In this document: in pieces, positions 12,765 through 35,895 of the stretch
Numbering within the stretch: position 1 is the first letter of the stretch
Layout: each line of letters opens with the position of its first letter
Assembly (NCBI GenBank): GCA_002269645.1
Contig: NIVC01002851.1
Span: 71,280 to 135,279 of the forward strand
Direction of reading: 5' to 3'
Source: Macrostomum lignano
Taxonomy: Eukaryota
Length of the DNA: 64,000 bases
Position numbers and translations under genes: made by a program
The notes under the pieces: model-generated
The model's input: the letters and a program-made list of their open reading frames with translations, nothing else
What the model was told of the DNA's origin: nothing
Databases searched by the model: none

Positions 12765-13025
12765 AAGCAGAGGCAGCAGCAGCACCAGCTGCACGCCATC
12801 TGGGAAAACTATTACCAGCGCTGCGGGGGGCTTCGCGACGGCGACATAGCCGCAGGGGCGGCAGCGGCGGCAGTTCAACAGCAGCAGGAGGCGCACAACA
12901 GCGGGAGAATCAGCTCAGACTTGAGCAAGCTCAGGCAGCTCGTCTCCGGCTCGACTGCGGCCACGCCGTGTCGAGAGCAGCGAAAGCAGCGAAAGGACAA
13001 GCAAGACAACCAGCTGCTGCAATGA
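9386..13025 (+). CDS. Uncharacterised protein, about 566 aa; beta-strand-rich (propeller-like) body, C-terminal helical region and polyQ
   Basis: Exons 9386-9613, 10588-11121, 11896-12480, 12672-13025, all phase 0 with GT-AG. GC3-rich codon use like neighbouring genes. An in-frame upstream acceptor at 9325 means the N-terminus may extend. Confidence 0.75.
9668..10572. repeat. 42-bp minisatellite, about 21 copies, intronic
   Basis: CCCGATATCAGTCAGGGACATTGTGCACTGCTACCCAGCTGA units. Confidence 0.96.
11105..11770 (+). repeat. About 30-bp minisatellite (about 21 copies) whose unit spans the 5' splice donor
   Basis: GGCTCTTCCAG|GTGAG(T/A)GTGGG(A/G)CTGGATTG. The first copy is the real donor at 11121/11122. 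Confidence 0.95.
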
Positions 13026-13771
13026 ATGGCCTTGGATAAACAAAGTATCAGATAGTCAGTATTCATCCTTAGTCCAACTCACTGTGCGCACAAGGTTTCT
13101 ACCTTGGTTAAAGTGCAGCTTATTTGTTTGCCACGCACAGTATGACTTCGGAGTTTGAAACCTCATAGTTTCCGTTTAACAGCACTTTTGATTGTTAACC
13201 TGCATTAGAGCTGCATTTATCAATACAGAGCCGTGTCCTGTCAGTAAGGAGCCGCTCATTGCAATGATGAAGTTCCGTCCGTACTGACTAACTCAGCATC
13301 GTCTAACTCGTCATTGTAAAGCGATTCTATTTTTCATCACTACTATAATTGTTCAGATATTAATCCCTAATTAGTGATTCTATTAATCAGGTATTAATAT
13401 CTAGTTAGTGATTTCATCACATAGCATTAATTCTTAATTAAAATTTGTGATTCTACAATCCAGGTAAGAGCGTATCATCGTATCTATCCAAAAGTATTCA
13501 ACTATAAATAAGAGATCAAGGACATACAGCAGTATTATTTTTGAGAAAACATACACTAGTATTAGCCAATATAATGTTGGTACAGTTCTGCCGCAAATAG
13601 TAACCTTCGAGAGATTTATAGAAAAAGATAATTCAGACCAAGACAGAATGGCCTCATGGAATTTATCGATTTTTTGTCATTGTCTACAGAACCAGAGCAA
13701 CGCAGATAAGCTGTCGAACTGATCAACTCAAACACAAATTTAATCGTTATGAACGAGAATGTAAAATAATT

Positions 13772-14887
13772 TTAGCCACGAGCATAGAACTCTCCATCAA
13801 CGGTGCTCAGAGCCTGCGGCACCAGAGCGAACTTCAGCAGGTGGCAGAGCCGGGCCTGTCGGTTGAAAAGCACCGCCAGGCAGCTGCTAGCGGCGGTGTT
13901 GCACCTTTGAATGCAGCCGGCGATATTCGGAATGGCTTCCGTCCAGTAGGTGGCCTTCGAGTAGGAGCTGCTCACCACCAGCTGGGGCCGGCTCGGGTTC
14001 GGGCGGTACGACGAGCGGCAGCCGTTGTCTGCGGGAGATGGACGAGCAATGAGCAAGCGCAGCTGGAGTGCTTAATAAAATTCGTGAGATTTTGTAAGAT
14101 TTACTGTATTTTCAGTTTTAGTATTCAAATAAAACACTAAAACGCTAAGGGCCTATCAACTTAAGCAATAAATGTAAGCCTCAACTACAAGTGACCAGTT
14201 TTCAGTGCCAACCCCTTCAACTTGACCCAGGACTACTCCGAAGGGAGTTAAAAGTCCGACTCGACCCTTGCCCCCCTATGCTACGCCTGCTTCTAATGCA
14301 CTAAGTGTAGATTCCAGATCACCAAAGAATTGAATAAATTCCTATTCGAATTATACTGAGGTAATTTCTTAGAAAACGACCAAATCTCACCAGAACCGTA
14401 GCGCATAGCGAAGACCGAGTTGCGCCACGGTCCACCGCAGTTAATTGAAGCATTGCCTCCGCACGGTGTGTTGCAGTCTGAGTCCTCAGCCTGGCCATGG
14501 GATCCGTAGGACCGGCCGCAGAAGCACTCGATATTTGACTGCAGACCGAAGTGTGGGAAACCACCGAGAGAGCACACCTTGGCGCAGTAGTCTGGAGTCA
14601 TTTCGGTGCCCTGTACCGCCACGTAGATTTTTACCTGAAGTTTATTTTGGTTGGTTAATTAGTTAGTTTTTGATACTTGGCTTGTTTTATTTTAGTTAAA
14701 TAGATATTTAGTTAGTCAGTTCACACTATACTCACCTCAAAGTCGGCCATCTGTTGGTCAGGCCGTTAAGATCGCGGTCAGCTGAGTCAACAAAGCAACC
14801 CAGGTAAGAATACTCATATGTCTTGTCTCCAAGGGCAACAGACGCCGCAAACGCAAGCGCTGCTCCCAGTCTCAGGACCAGCATCAT
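13772..14887 (-). pseudogene. Signal peptide-WSC-PAN/Apple gene, copy A, frameshifted
   Basis: Exons 14887-14736, 14634-14391, 14028-13772. A 7-bp deletion in exon 1 (plus-strand TGGTGAT present in copies B and C) gives AG|G TAA, a stop right after the first junction. Confidence 0.8.
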
Positions 14888-15844
14888 CAACTGTTTTCCT
14901 AAGCTATAAAAGATGACTGCAGTAATGAGCGTATCTGACAATGGCATTTTATGCTATTTACGGCGGATCTGCTTTTATGACGCATCTGCATGCATAGGCG
15001 GGTGTATAGGGAGAGAAGCTGCTGACCATCAAGCAGCGGGCTTGGCAGTGAGGGGTGCTGGCTCAGTGCCTGCCCACGTGTGGCATCTGAGACATCTCGC
15101 GCCTGTTGCCTCAGCAGTCATCAGCTGAGCAGCGGTACCGTAGCAAGGATGATTAAAATTCATAACCTGGTCAACGCGATGCGGGTAGTTTTCAATATTG
15201 GGGCTTCCCTGAGTAAGAGACTGACTGATGCTGGGGGGCTGTGTGGTGGGGAACGGGGGTGTTTTTAAGGCCTACCTGTTCTGTGACATGTTTGAGCTTC
15301 AGGAAATCAGCCTTCAGTTTCTATAGAAATGAAGCACCGTAAGCAGTACTTTCAGTATTACCATGCATATTATTCATACGAGAAGTAGTCTTCTCAATAA
15401 AATTACATCTTAATGACTTGAAGAAGGCTCGCTGATTATTTTGCACTTTAGGCTCCGCTCTTGAGCTGTCCTGCTCTTGATTGAGGTGGCCGAAATCCGA
15501 TTAATGGGGCCCAGCTGACCCCAAAATCCACGGTGCAGCCAGGCATGGTCAAGGGTCATCTTTTTCAGGACCAATTAATTTTGCAATGACATCGATATCG
15601 ATAAAATACGCACGCCTTTCAACCACAGACTATCGACTCCCTGAGACATGAAATTCGTCTGGATTTAAGGACAGATACTACTGATTACTACATAATTTTT
15701 AGTGTCTGTGATGAATTCTAACAGAATGAAATAGAAAACTAAGTACGTTGATTTATCGGGCAATAAAAATGAGAGAGGAACAGCACGAAGAACAACGCTG
15801 GAATGGCCTTCGGATTCAAAGTAGTCAGCTAAATTATTTACCGG

Positions 15845-17670
15845 ATCGGGATTCGAGATCGAGATTCAAGATCCAAGATTGGGATTCGGGATTCGAGATC
15901 GAGATTCAAGATCCAAGATTGGGATTCGGGATTCGAGATCGAGATTCAAGATCCAAGATTGGGATTCGGGATTCGAGATCGAGATTCAAGATCCAAGATT
16001 GGGATTCGGGATTCGAGATCGAGATTCAAGATCCAAGATTGGGATTCGGGATTCGAGATCGAGATTCAAGATCCAAGATTGGGATTCGGGATTCGAGATC
16101 GAGATTCAAGATCCAAGATTGGGATTCGGGATTCGAGATCGAGATTCAAGATCCAAGATTGGGATTCGGGATTCGAGATCGAGATTCAAGATCCAAGATT
16201 GGGATTCAGGATTCGAGATCGAGATTCAAGATCCAAGATTGGGATTCGGGATTCGAGATCGAGATTCAAGATCCAAGATTGGGATTCGGGATTCGAGATC
16301 GAGATTCGAGATCCAAGATTGGGACTTGGGATCAGGATTCGGGATTCAAGATCCAAGATTGGGACTCGGGATCAGGATTCGGGATTCGAGATCGAGATTC
16401 AGGATCGGGATTCGGGATTCAAGATTGGGATTCGGAATTCAAGATCGGGATTCGATATTGGGATTCGGGATTCGGGATTCAAGATCGGGATTCGATATTG
16501 GGATTCGGGATTCGGGATTCAAGATCAGGATTCGATATTGGGTTTTGGGATTCAAGATCGGGATTCGATATTGGGTTTTGGGGATTCAAGATCAGGATTC
16601 GATATTGGGTTTTGGGATTCAAGATCGGGATTCGATATTGGGATTCGGGATTCAAGATCGGGATTCGATATTGGGATTCGGGATTCGGGATTCGGGATTC
16701 GAGATCGGGATTCGATATTGGGATTCGGGATTCAAGATCGGGATTCGATATTGGGATTCGGGATTCAAGATCGGGATTCGATATTGGGATTCGGGATTCA
16801 AGATCGGGATTCGATATTGGGATTCGGGATTCGGGATTCAAGATCGGGATTCGATATTGGGATTCGGGATTCGGGATTCAAGATCGGGATTCGATATTAG
16901 GTTTCGGGATTCGATATTGGGATTCGGGATTCGGGATTCGATATTGGGTTTCGGGATTCAAGATCGGGATTCGATATTGGGATTCGGGATTCGGGATTCA
17001 AGATCGGGATTCGATATTGGGATTCGGGATTCAAGATCGGGATTCGATATTGGGATTCGGGATTCAAGATCGGGATTTGATATTGGGATTCGGGATTCGA
17101 GATTCAAGATCGGGATTCGATATTGGGATTCGGGATTCGGGATTCAAGATCGGGATTTGATATTGGGATTCGGGATTCGGGATTCAAGATCGTGATTCGA
17201 TATTGGGATTCGGGATTCGGGATTCGGGATTCGGGATTCGATATTGGGTTTCGGGATTCGATATTGGGATTCGGGATTCGGGATTCGATATTGGGTTTCG
17301 GGATTCAAGATCGGGATTCGATATTGGGATTCGGGATTCGGGATTCAAGATCGGGATTCGATATTGGGATTCGGGATTCGGGATTCAAGATCGGGATTTG
17401 ATATTGGGATTCGGGATTTAGGATTCAAGATCGGGATTCGATATTGGGTTTCGGGATTCGATATTGGGATTCGGGATTCGGGATTCGATATTGGGTTTCG
17501 GGATTCAAGATCGGGATTCGATATTGGGATTCGGGATTCGGGATTCAAGATCGGGATTCGATATTGGGATTCGGGATTCGGGATTCAAGATCGGGATTTG
17601 ATATTGGGATTCGGGATTTAGGATTCGAGATTCGGGATTATGATTCGGGATTGGGATCCGAGATCGAGAC
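15845..17670. repeat. GGGATTC-based satellite: 40-bp higher-order unit grading into 7/20/27-bp variants
   Basis: GAGATTCAAGATCCAAGATTGGGATTCGGGATTCGAGATC tandem, then GGGATTCGATATTGGGATTC variants. Confidence 0.95.
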
Positions 17671-18894
17671 TTAACCCTGAAGACCTGTTGTTTTATCACC
17701 CCAGGCCCAGTCAGTGCTCAGTCAGTGAGCCTCGTCAGCATAGTAACTTAGGTCGCACGTTAGCACTGGCTGACGGTTGCAAACAATGAAACAGCAGGCT
17801 ATTGAAGCCGCTGCGATAGTCATAGTCATGGCACGAAAGTACTAGCGATCCCGTTCCAAGAGCTCGGCTAGAAAGTGTCGCACAGGTACTGAGGTTTTCA
17901 ACGCCCTAGCGGGTGAATGCCGCAGTATATTGTTTAGAAAGTAAAGGCATTGATTCCAGGGTATTTTTCTACAACGAATGTAGGTAAAATTATTTATAGG
18001 AAGAGCAACTTAAGCGAGGATAAACCTTTGTAGTGCTCCTCGCACGCAGGCACGAACTCATACTGCACACGCTCACACTGGGTGTACAGCGGCCCTGACC
18101 TTCTAATCGTCAGGCACGTACACTCTCTGTGCATTTAAGATTTGTCATCTACACTAAACGTTCGACCGCTCCCATATATGACCTTTAATCTTCACTGATT
18201 GAAGACCCTTTCTGTAAAGGAGCAATAAAAGGCTACTGGAAAGACGAGTGGCTCGATGTAATTTTACCTTCTCTGGGGTTCCCGTCAGACAGGTTAATTG
18301 GTGCCTTTGCACCTCTGCGTTCTGTTCGAGTCTGCTCTCTTCCTTCTCTAATTTGGAAGAACTAGCTATACTTGTTCTCTAGTGCGTTTTCAGGTTGCAA
18401 AGGTGCTGTTCAAATAAATATGCTCTATCTCTAACTCTCATGCCAATGGTTTTTTAAATTATTGTCAAATTGATTTGAGTTCGGCGATCATGCACGAATA
18501 GTTTGCACAGCGTGCCCAGGCCGAAGAGCCTTCTGTGAATGAGTATTCTCTTGAAGCGGTAAATTCGGCTTCAGTTCAGGCGGTCTCGCACATCGGCACC
18601 TGAATCGAACGCTTTTACCTGCTTTACCACGCACTTTATATTGAAGTGACGTCGTGCAGGATTAATTTCGCTAAGGTCACTACAACAGAAGTATTATTTT
18701 TGTGAAAAGTTATTAGCCAATATTGTGTTAGGAGAATTCTACCGTAGGTAGCATTTTATAGGCTTACAGATAAAGAGAACTCAAAGCAGAAATGATAGTT
18801 ACTAATAGCTCCAGAAATTTCAGCATTTTTGTCATTGTCAAGAGAGCCAGAGCATCGCAAACAGTGGTCGAACTGATCTATGCAAACGCAAAAT

Positions 18895-21035
<2,141 letters not shown>

Positions 21036-22484
21036 CAACTGTTTTCCTAAGCTAAAAAAGATGACTGCAGCTATCTGACAATGGCATTTTCTGAGCCGCT
21101 TTTATGCAGCATCTGCATGCACAGGCGAGTGCATAGGGAGAGAAGCAGCTGACCCATCAAGCAGCGGGTTTGGTAGTGGGATGTTAGCTCCAGTGCCTGT
21201 CCACGTTTCGCGCGTGTGCCTCAACAGTCATAAACTGTGCAGCGATATGAGTTAGCAGGGATGATTAAAATGAATGATAAAATTCACATCCTGGCCAACA
21301 CGATGCGGGTGGCTTTTCAGCCTTTTCAGGCTTCTCAGTGAGAGACTGACTGATGCTGTGGGCTGTATGGGGGGAGTGGTGCATACCTGCACATGTTTGA
21401 GCATTTGGAAATTGGCTTGAAGGAAGCTTCTAATAACTACTGGAATGAAGCACTGCAAGCGGTACTTTCAGAAGCAAACATCCGTATATTGTCAGTAAGC
21501 TTCACTGTGGTAGAAAATCCGATTGCTTATTTAATCTACGTTTAACAGAAGAACTACCAAGAGAGGGGGGAGTTCCCCTTCCTGGTGCACCTGGAAATCG
21601 CCGGGTGATGACTAAATGCTTGAGAGACTTAGCTCAGAATGTCCGGCAGTCGAGGCTTGCTCACTGTCGAGTCTTGATCAGTGAAAGTCGCTGTCGAGTC
21701 TCGACGGTCCGGAGGGCTGGCGACTTGATTCTTGTTTGAGAAGATGCGCAACAAAAAGTCAGCCCGTGTTCTGTTCCGCACTTGGGGTTGGCCCTGTCGC
21801 TCTGTAGTGTTTGGCCCGCGCCCATGCAGAACCCGCCATGCAGTTTCTGCCAAGTCCTCTATTGGCCCGTGCCGCCTGGGCTGCTCATTGCTGTTCTGGG
21901 CAAGTGTGCAGGGCAGCCTCTTTTGAGGGAGAAGTTTTTCGGCTATAGTGGAAAGACGAGTGGCTCGATATAAATTTAGGTAGAGTTCACGTCAGACGGT
22001 TGAATGGGTGCCTTTGTACCTCTGTAGCTTCTGCGGAGAATGCTATTCATAGGAATGCCGTTCTATTGTTTGAGTCTATCTCTTCTTTCTCCAATTTGGA
22101 ACTACTTGTGCGCCTTCTCTAAGGCGTTTTCGGATTGCAAAGGTGCTGTTTGAACAAATTTTCTCTATCTAGATTTCTGCCTCTCATGCCAATGGTTTTT
22201 AATATTATTGTTTAATTTGAGCTCCACGATCATACCAGAATAGTTTGCACTGTGACAACCGCGAGCCCAGCTCGAAGTGGCTTGCCCTGGCTATATAGCC
22301 AAGAGCTCTCTGTGAAAGAGCATTCTCTCTGTCTCTGCTTGAAACAGTAAATTTTGCCTAGGGGTCTCAGTTCACGCTGTCTCGCACTGCTGCACTTAAT
22401 CACGCCATTTTAACCGCGTTCCCACACACTTCTCAGGCTAGAGCTGTCGTGAGTTGTTTGAGTTGTATCTATGAGATCGATAGT

Positions 22485-24510
<2,026 letters not shown>

Positions 24511-24555
24511 ATAGACAACTTTTGCCATCTAAATAATTTCAGCAGTCAGCAGACC

Positions 24556-29325
<4,770 letters not shown>

Positions 29326-29651
29326 TGGAACTGGACGCAGTGGTACGCGCGACGTTTGACATAATGTTCGCTTTTTGTCGCTAAAATTGAAGTCACTTTT
29401 AACAAAGGCGAGATTGAAATGGTATTTTTAGAAGCTTGTAAAGTCGTCAAAAAATCGGTCTATATGGCCATGGTGAATCAAGGGTGAATCATAAACTAAA
29501 CTGACAAGCGCAGACATGATCAAAGCTGATTATTAGTACCAGGTACTTTAGCCCATTAACGCCCTTAAAGCATGGGTATTACTATTATTGTGCCATAGAC
29601 ATTTGTGTCCTTGACAAAGTGGGACAAAATAATCGGGCGTTAAATGTCATT

Positions 29652-31336
29652 GGGCCGTATGCAGAAAGCTCTGTCTAGGGTAGTCCGGTCTTGAAAAGCT
29701 AGCTAGTCTGGACCACAGATTCTATAAACTATAGATTCTATAGATTCTATTTATAGAATCTTGTGGTCTGGACTGGATTTGGTATGCAGAAACGCAAAGT
29801 ATACGCGTTTTTCTCTGGAGCCTTTGAGTTTGTGTTCTCACTTTCTTAAGATAGATGTCTAGCGGTCTAAGGTTCGTACAGCTATAATTTCTCCAATCAG
29901 GCCGTCAGAGAAAACCGTATAAACTGACGGGATCTCCTAGTATCTAAGCTGAGTTTGAGTCTCCCTACGTTTCGCTCTGCGCGACAATTAAGACAAATAG
30001 TTATATCGAAGACTTGGATTCGTGCCAACTGGATAATCCAGAGACTAATTCAAATGGAGCAATTCGAGATCGCAAACAGCGCAGAAAAACGAAGCGCCGC
30101 TCCAGTTTGAGATGAGCGTCTATTTGTACCAATTAGCATTTTTGGCCTCCCCCGCCGCCGGTGGGATGTCTTCGCGTTGTTAGCAACGGCGGGGGGTTTT
30201 GAGCAATAACAATCTGGGACACAGTCCCCTAGTTGTACATGAATTTAGTTAGTTCTAGTAGGTTGCTAAGTGTGAGGGTTAGAGATTATTCGGGCTTTCG
30301 CAAATCTATTTGTTGAGTTGGATAAAATTTGGGATAGAACGATTATAGAAAAAGTGCTTAGTTTTCCGTCTCTTAACTTTGTCCATGGATGATTAAACAG
30401 TCCTCTGTTTCTCTCGGTTGTCAGGCAGCTTGGGGTTGATCTCGCCTTCTTGGGCAGCTTCGGGTTGGGTTGGAATCTGTAGGTGGGCCTCACGTGTTTC
30501 TCCCTCAGGGTGCGCCAGAAGATGCCGCGTGCCGCGTTGTTCTTTAAGTCAGGCCGCTGCTCAGAGTTTGCTTTTCCCGGCCGGTTTAGTCGCCATTGTG
30601 CCTGCGGCGGGGTGACGCTACTGACTGGAATGGAAGGGGGCTTTATTAGATTCGGCTATTCATATTGCCTTGACAGTTGATTAGTTATCTTAAAGCTGCT
30701 TCTGTTTGCCCTTCTAATAGCTATCTAGGGGTTCCATTGTGCTCTTCTGCCTCGCCCTTCACTGCGCCTGGGCTTTTCATAAATTTCTACCTATCTTCTA
30801 ACTTAGGGTTAAAACTTCAGATTTCTAACTCTTATACAAAGTTAGACCGGTCTACTATAGTCAGAACTAGGGTAGCTGGTCCATACATGTAGATCGTAGA
30901 ATGAACTACCCAAGCCCGGACTAGCTAGTCTGGACCATAGCTGGTTCACTCGACTATATTTAGCAAAACTACTCTCTGTTCGGTAGTATGATCGTATAAA
31001 GCTATATTTATTTCTTCGACTGTCTATGGCCAAGACCAGCGCCTTTTTGAGTGGGTGCAGATTTTACTAGTGGTTTTTACGCCTGAGAATTTCGATCCAC
31101 TGCCAAGCTTGGCCATAGATAAAAGAATTGAAAGCGCCAAGGTTGTGCGTGTGTGACGCGGGCAGCTAGACCATTCTCTCCAAATATTTTATGTCAAGAC
31201 AAAAAATAGAGCAAATATGCGCTTATGCCACTGGACAGAGAGTAGCAAATCAAGCTGACGTATAAGGATAATGCTGAGTGAACCGTCTAGGGTATTTATT
31301 ATCTGTGGTCTGGACTAAGCTTTCTGCATACGGCCC
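29652..31336. mobile_element. Non-autonomous DNA transposon, PIF/Harbinger-like, with nested small foldback elements
   Basis: Perfect 19-bp TIR GGGCCGTATGCAGAAAGCT ... AGCTTTCTGCATACGGCCC with ATT on both flanks (3-bp TSD). No transposase ORF recognised. Confidence 0.7.
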
Positions 31337-33789
31337 ATTAACTGCCCGCTAATTTGCATTAAAGTATAAGTTTAACATAGACAATTTATTCGATATTTTT
31401 TTCCTGCAAGCGGGCTTAAATGTAGTCTATGGCATTAAAAGGCAAGAATAAGTGCCCAGCGGGTACAAAGGTTATGGTACAATGAGAAATCCTCGGGCGC
31501 CTAACGGCGCCCTCTGATTTTCCCATTAACGCCCTTAAAGCATGGGTATTAATGCTTTTTAATGACGTTTCACATGCTTCTAAATTATGCTCGTAGAATC
31601 AACCCGCTGTTCAGAGTAGACTGCAAAAATGCTATAGAACAACTAGACTTAGCTATAGTTAGTGCATTCTTGTTTCTTCATGTAGCTCTCGAAAGCTGCA
31701 GATACAAAGTGCAGGTATATAGAAATTGCTATCGTAATTTCCGTGTAATCTCCAGACGACTGTCCATCGGACAGGGGCAACAAACCAACTATGGGACCAA
31801 CCAGCTCAGCCAATGATCTCAGCGGCGGCCAAGGCAAATTCGCATTAATTCTGGTCGTTGGATTAGTCAAGATATTTCTGCATGCTTTAGCTACTTAGCA
31901 CGGTTATGGTGACTGCAGAGGTCGTGGCTATTTCCGTTTGGATATAGAGAAATGCACAATTTATGAGTTGAGTAGAAGCTGCTATATGATTTGCAAACAA
32001 AAAATTAACATATAATGATTTGTTGTAAACGGTTTAAAATAATGTTGTGTAGCAAGCTATTTCCCCCCTTTTATATATATTAATTTTGTTTCCGCTAAGT
32101 GTTAAGTTATACGTGTAATTTACATAAAAAATCTTTGAAAAATCGCTCAAATCGAAAAATCATTCAAAAGTTTTGGATGAATGATTATATCCCTCCGATG
32201 TATGGAGATTAGCTATTTTTATTGCTTGTTTCACTATACAGACCCACTAATTAATATGGCACACTGTAACATGATAGTTTTTATATACGAGCTTTTTGTT
32301 TATTAATCCAGTTTTATTTATTCTTTCAGTTTAATTAATATGGCATAAAACGTTTTTGAAAACATATTTATATAACACCTACATAAAAATAGATTATGCT
32401 ATTTAAATGATTAAATATTATATTTTCTTAAAATTTTAGGTATTCATTACCAGAAAAAAATTAAGTTTGCCTTACTCTCACAAAAAGTTATAATTAGCTA
32501 GTGAGAGAGGCGTCTATTTTTAATCCCCGCCAAAACCCTAAGGATACGAAATTTTGTTTGAATGCGCCCCATCCCCCACCCCGGCCAGTTTACTATGAAT
32601 ATAAGCCGTTTTTGCGCCCAAAGAGGCAACCAAATCTTGGTTCACATTCACCTTTCTGATAAAGAAACTGAATAAGCGGAATTTGCTTTAAGTCTTTCCT
32701 TATTTGCCAGGAACTAAGAGCGAATGCTCATTGGACAGGTAGAAAATTCCAAGAGCATAAGACGACTAGTCTAAAAGCCAATAGCGTGATAGCAAAAAGA
32801 CAAGGCGTAGGTTGCCAAAAGCAGAGGGAGACATCCCCTTGAACAGAATCCTTCGAATTGAAACAACCAATGGGAAGTCGTATTTGACACAAGCCAATCC
32901 GAAAGAGAAATTCACCGGTCAGCCTCGATCCATTGGAGGGCGCCACTTTAGGACTGAGTCACCCCCAGTCAGCCACACAGTGTCTTGCCGCTCGGGCGCT
33001 GTACGCTACCAGGGCATCCGTACTCACGCGAGAGCCCAACCCTTCCTCAGTAATTTCATAACTATAGTAGTATCAACTGTTTAATATTAAAACCCCCTAC
33101 AACAACTTTGGTGTCAGCGATTAGGATAAAAGCTTATAACTCTATTAGACCTACAACAACTTGGTGGCACCTGTAGGATTCCCAATATATAACTTTAATA
33201 GCCCTACAACACTAGCTATTTAAGTTTTATAACATGATGTACCCGAATCTGTTCTGATTAACTTATTGTATCCAGACTTCTAGAAAGTTCTGTGTAACAA
33301 CAATTTCTACTAGACAATATTTAAACGTATATTGCACAATTTAACCTCCTATATAACCTCCTATACTTCCAGAAAATTCCCGAACTCTAGAATTTTTTAT
33401 GAAATTACAAAATCTATAAATAGAAAGCACCCGGCACTGTATTTACTCAAGCCTATAACAATTTTACTTTTCCATACGGAATTCTATTCAACAAAAAGAC
33501 AAAAAGAATCACCACGCCTTCACGCCTCATTCATTTACAATTCAATCGCTACAAACTAATTTGAAAAAGGCGTTTTATAGTACTGAAAAAAACTCATGTT
33601 GCTTTTATGCGTGAATATTTTTGTTCAACTACATTTATATGTTTACGCTTTATTTTCACATGTAGCTATTTGTGTTGTTCTGCCCTCAAGCAGGGGTGAA
33701 TTGCATTTTTAGATGCAATTTTAGATGCAAGTAAACTACTAATTGTAATTTCTATCTATGTTCATCTATGTTCATGCAAGCATTCTGTA

Positions 33790-33828
33790 CACAGACAGAC
33801 AGACAGATAGACAGACAGACAGACAGAC

Positions 33829-33876
<48 letters not shown>

Positions 33877-33913
33877 TGACTGATAGACACCACGACAGAC
33901 TGATAGACACCAC

Positions 33914-33966
<53 letters not shown>
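33790..33966. repeat. (AGAC)n microsatellite
   Basis: Direct reading. Confidence 0.95.
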
Positions 33967-33969
<3 letters not shown>

Positions 33970-34904
33970 TTCCAGTGTATGTGTGTTTACGTGGACTGTA
34001 TATTTGACAATGCCTTAGGTGGACCACCTAATTTCTTAATAAAAGTAGTCTATATGATGAATGCGATGCGCTGATCACAGAATGGTGCCACTCAATGCTT
34101 GAAACAGCTCCAATTCTTGGGAAATAGACTGTGTGTAGAGTGTGTTTACGTGGACTGGTCATTTAGTGGACCATTGTAAGGAGGTTTACATGGACATCCG
34201 AGTCAAAAGTATAAATGGAAAGTTAGGCCCTTCAAAGTTAGGAAATAAAGGAAGGAAGGAAGTAAGGCAAAAAGTCTGCACAAGCACTAAGTCGAGCCCA
34301 GGCTGCTACTTAATCTGTTCTAGTATGCTTTATTATCGCGAAGGCGCAATTTTGTTAGTTTCTGCGAGCATTTATCTAATTCTTTCTGTATCTATACGGA
34401 GAACAAAAGACTTCTAGTTTATACAGATTTTCCCAACAATGTAAACTTAGTTTTGATAAGCACTATTGGAAATTCACATTACTAAAAAGATTTTTTGTAA
34501 ACTTAAAGATATTTAATTAATTATATTTAACTGCTAAACTACAGAGCAGATTATTCAAAATACAATTAACTGATTAGCAGATGGCAATGATGTAAATGAG
34601 ATAACTGCGGATTAATTTCTTTTAGGGGTAGCTATTTTATGCCTACATTTATGCAGGATTATTGAACTATTAATTTCTCTATTAAGCTATTCCAGTATTT
34701 CCAAACAATTAATACTTAGTACTATTATTTCAATGTTGCATAGCAAAATATCTTATGGGATTGCTAGAAAAAAGGAAAATAAAAATGAGAGAGGAACAGC
34801 ACGATGAGCAACGATGGAGTGTCCTTGGATTCAAAGTAGTCAGCTAAGTTATTTAAATTATTTAGGCCAGGTGCTTGAATTCTCACTCGCCTGTTATCCG
34901 GATC

Positions 34905-35895
34905 ATGATTCGGGATTAGTAGAGATCGGGACTCGAGATTCAAGATCTGGATTCGGGATTAGTAGAGATCGGGACTCGAGATTCAAGATCTGGATTCGGG
35001 ATTAGTAGAGATCGGGACTCGAGATTCAAGATCTGGATTCGGGATTAGTAGAGATCGGGACTCGAGATTCAAGATCTGGATTCGGGATTAGTAGAGATCG
35101 GGACTCGAGATTCAAGATCTGGATTCGGGATTAGTAGAGATCGGGACTCGAGATTCAAGATCTGGATTCGGGATTAGTAGAGATCGGGACTCGAGATTCA
35201 AGATCTGGATTCGGGATTAGTAGAGATCGGGACTCGAGATTCAAGATCTGGATTCGGGATTAGTAGAGATCGGGACTCGAGATTCAAGATCTGGATTCGG
35301 GATTAGTAGAGATCGGGACTCGAGATTCAAGATCTGGATTCGGGATTAGTAGAGATCGGGACTCGAGATTCAAGATCTGGATTCGGGATTAGTAGAGATC
35401 GGGACTCGAGATTCAAGATCTGGATTCGGGATTAGTAGAGATCGGGACTCGAGATTCAAGATCTGGATTCGGGATTAGTAGAGATCGGGACTCGAGATTC
35501 AAGATCTGGATTCGGGATTAGTAGAGATCGGGATTCGAGATTCAAGCTTGGGATTCGGGATTCAAGCTCGGGATTCAAGCTCATTATTCGGGATTCAAGC
35601 TCGGGATTCGGGATTCAAGCTCGGGATTCGGGATTCAAGCTCGGGATTCGGGATTCAAGCTCGGGATTCGGGATTCAAGCTCGGGATTCGGGATTCAAGC
35701 TCGGGATTCGGGATTTAAGCTCGGGATTCGGGATTCAAGCTCGGGATTCGGGATTCAAGCTCGGGATTCGGGATTCAAGGTCGGGATTCGGGATTCAAAA
35801 TCGGGATTCGGTATTTAAAATCGGGATTCTGGATTCAGGATTCAAGGTCGGGATTCGGGATTCGGGATTCAAGATCAGGATTCGGGATTCGAGAT
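34905..35895. repeat. GGGATTC-family satellite: 43-bp unit then 20-bp unit
   Basis: GGGATTAGTAGAGATCGGGACTCGAGATTCAAGATCTGGATTC about 14 times, then TCGGGATTCGGGATTCAAGC. Confidence 0.95.

Noticed and set aside
15748-17700. Long ORFs in several frames (up to 470 aa)
   Set aside because: Stop-free readings of the GGGATTC satellite; no coding signature.
32812-33084. ORF with a PH-domain-like stretch (LRIETTNGKSYLTQA)
   Set aside because: Isolated, with no convincing splice partners or further motifs.
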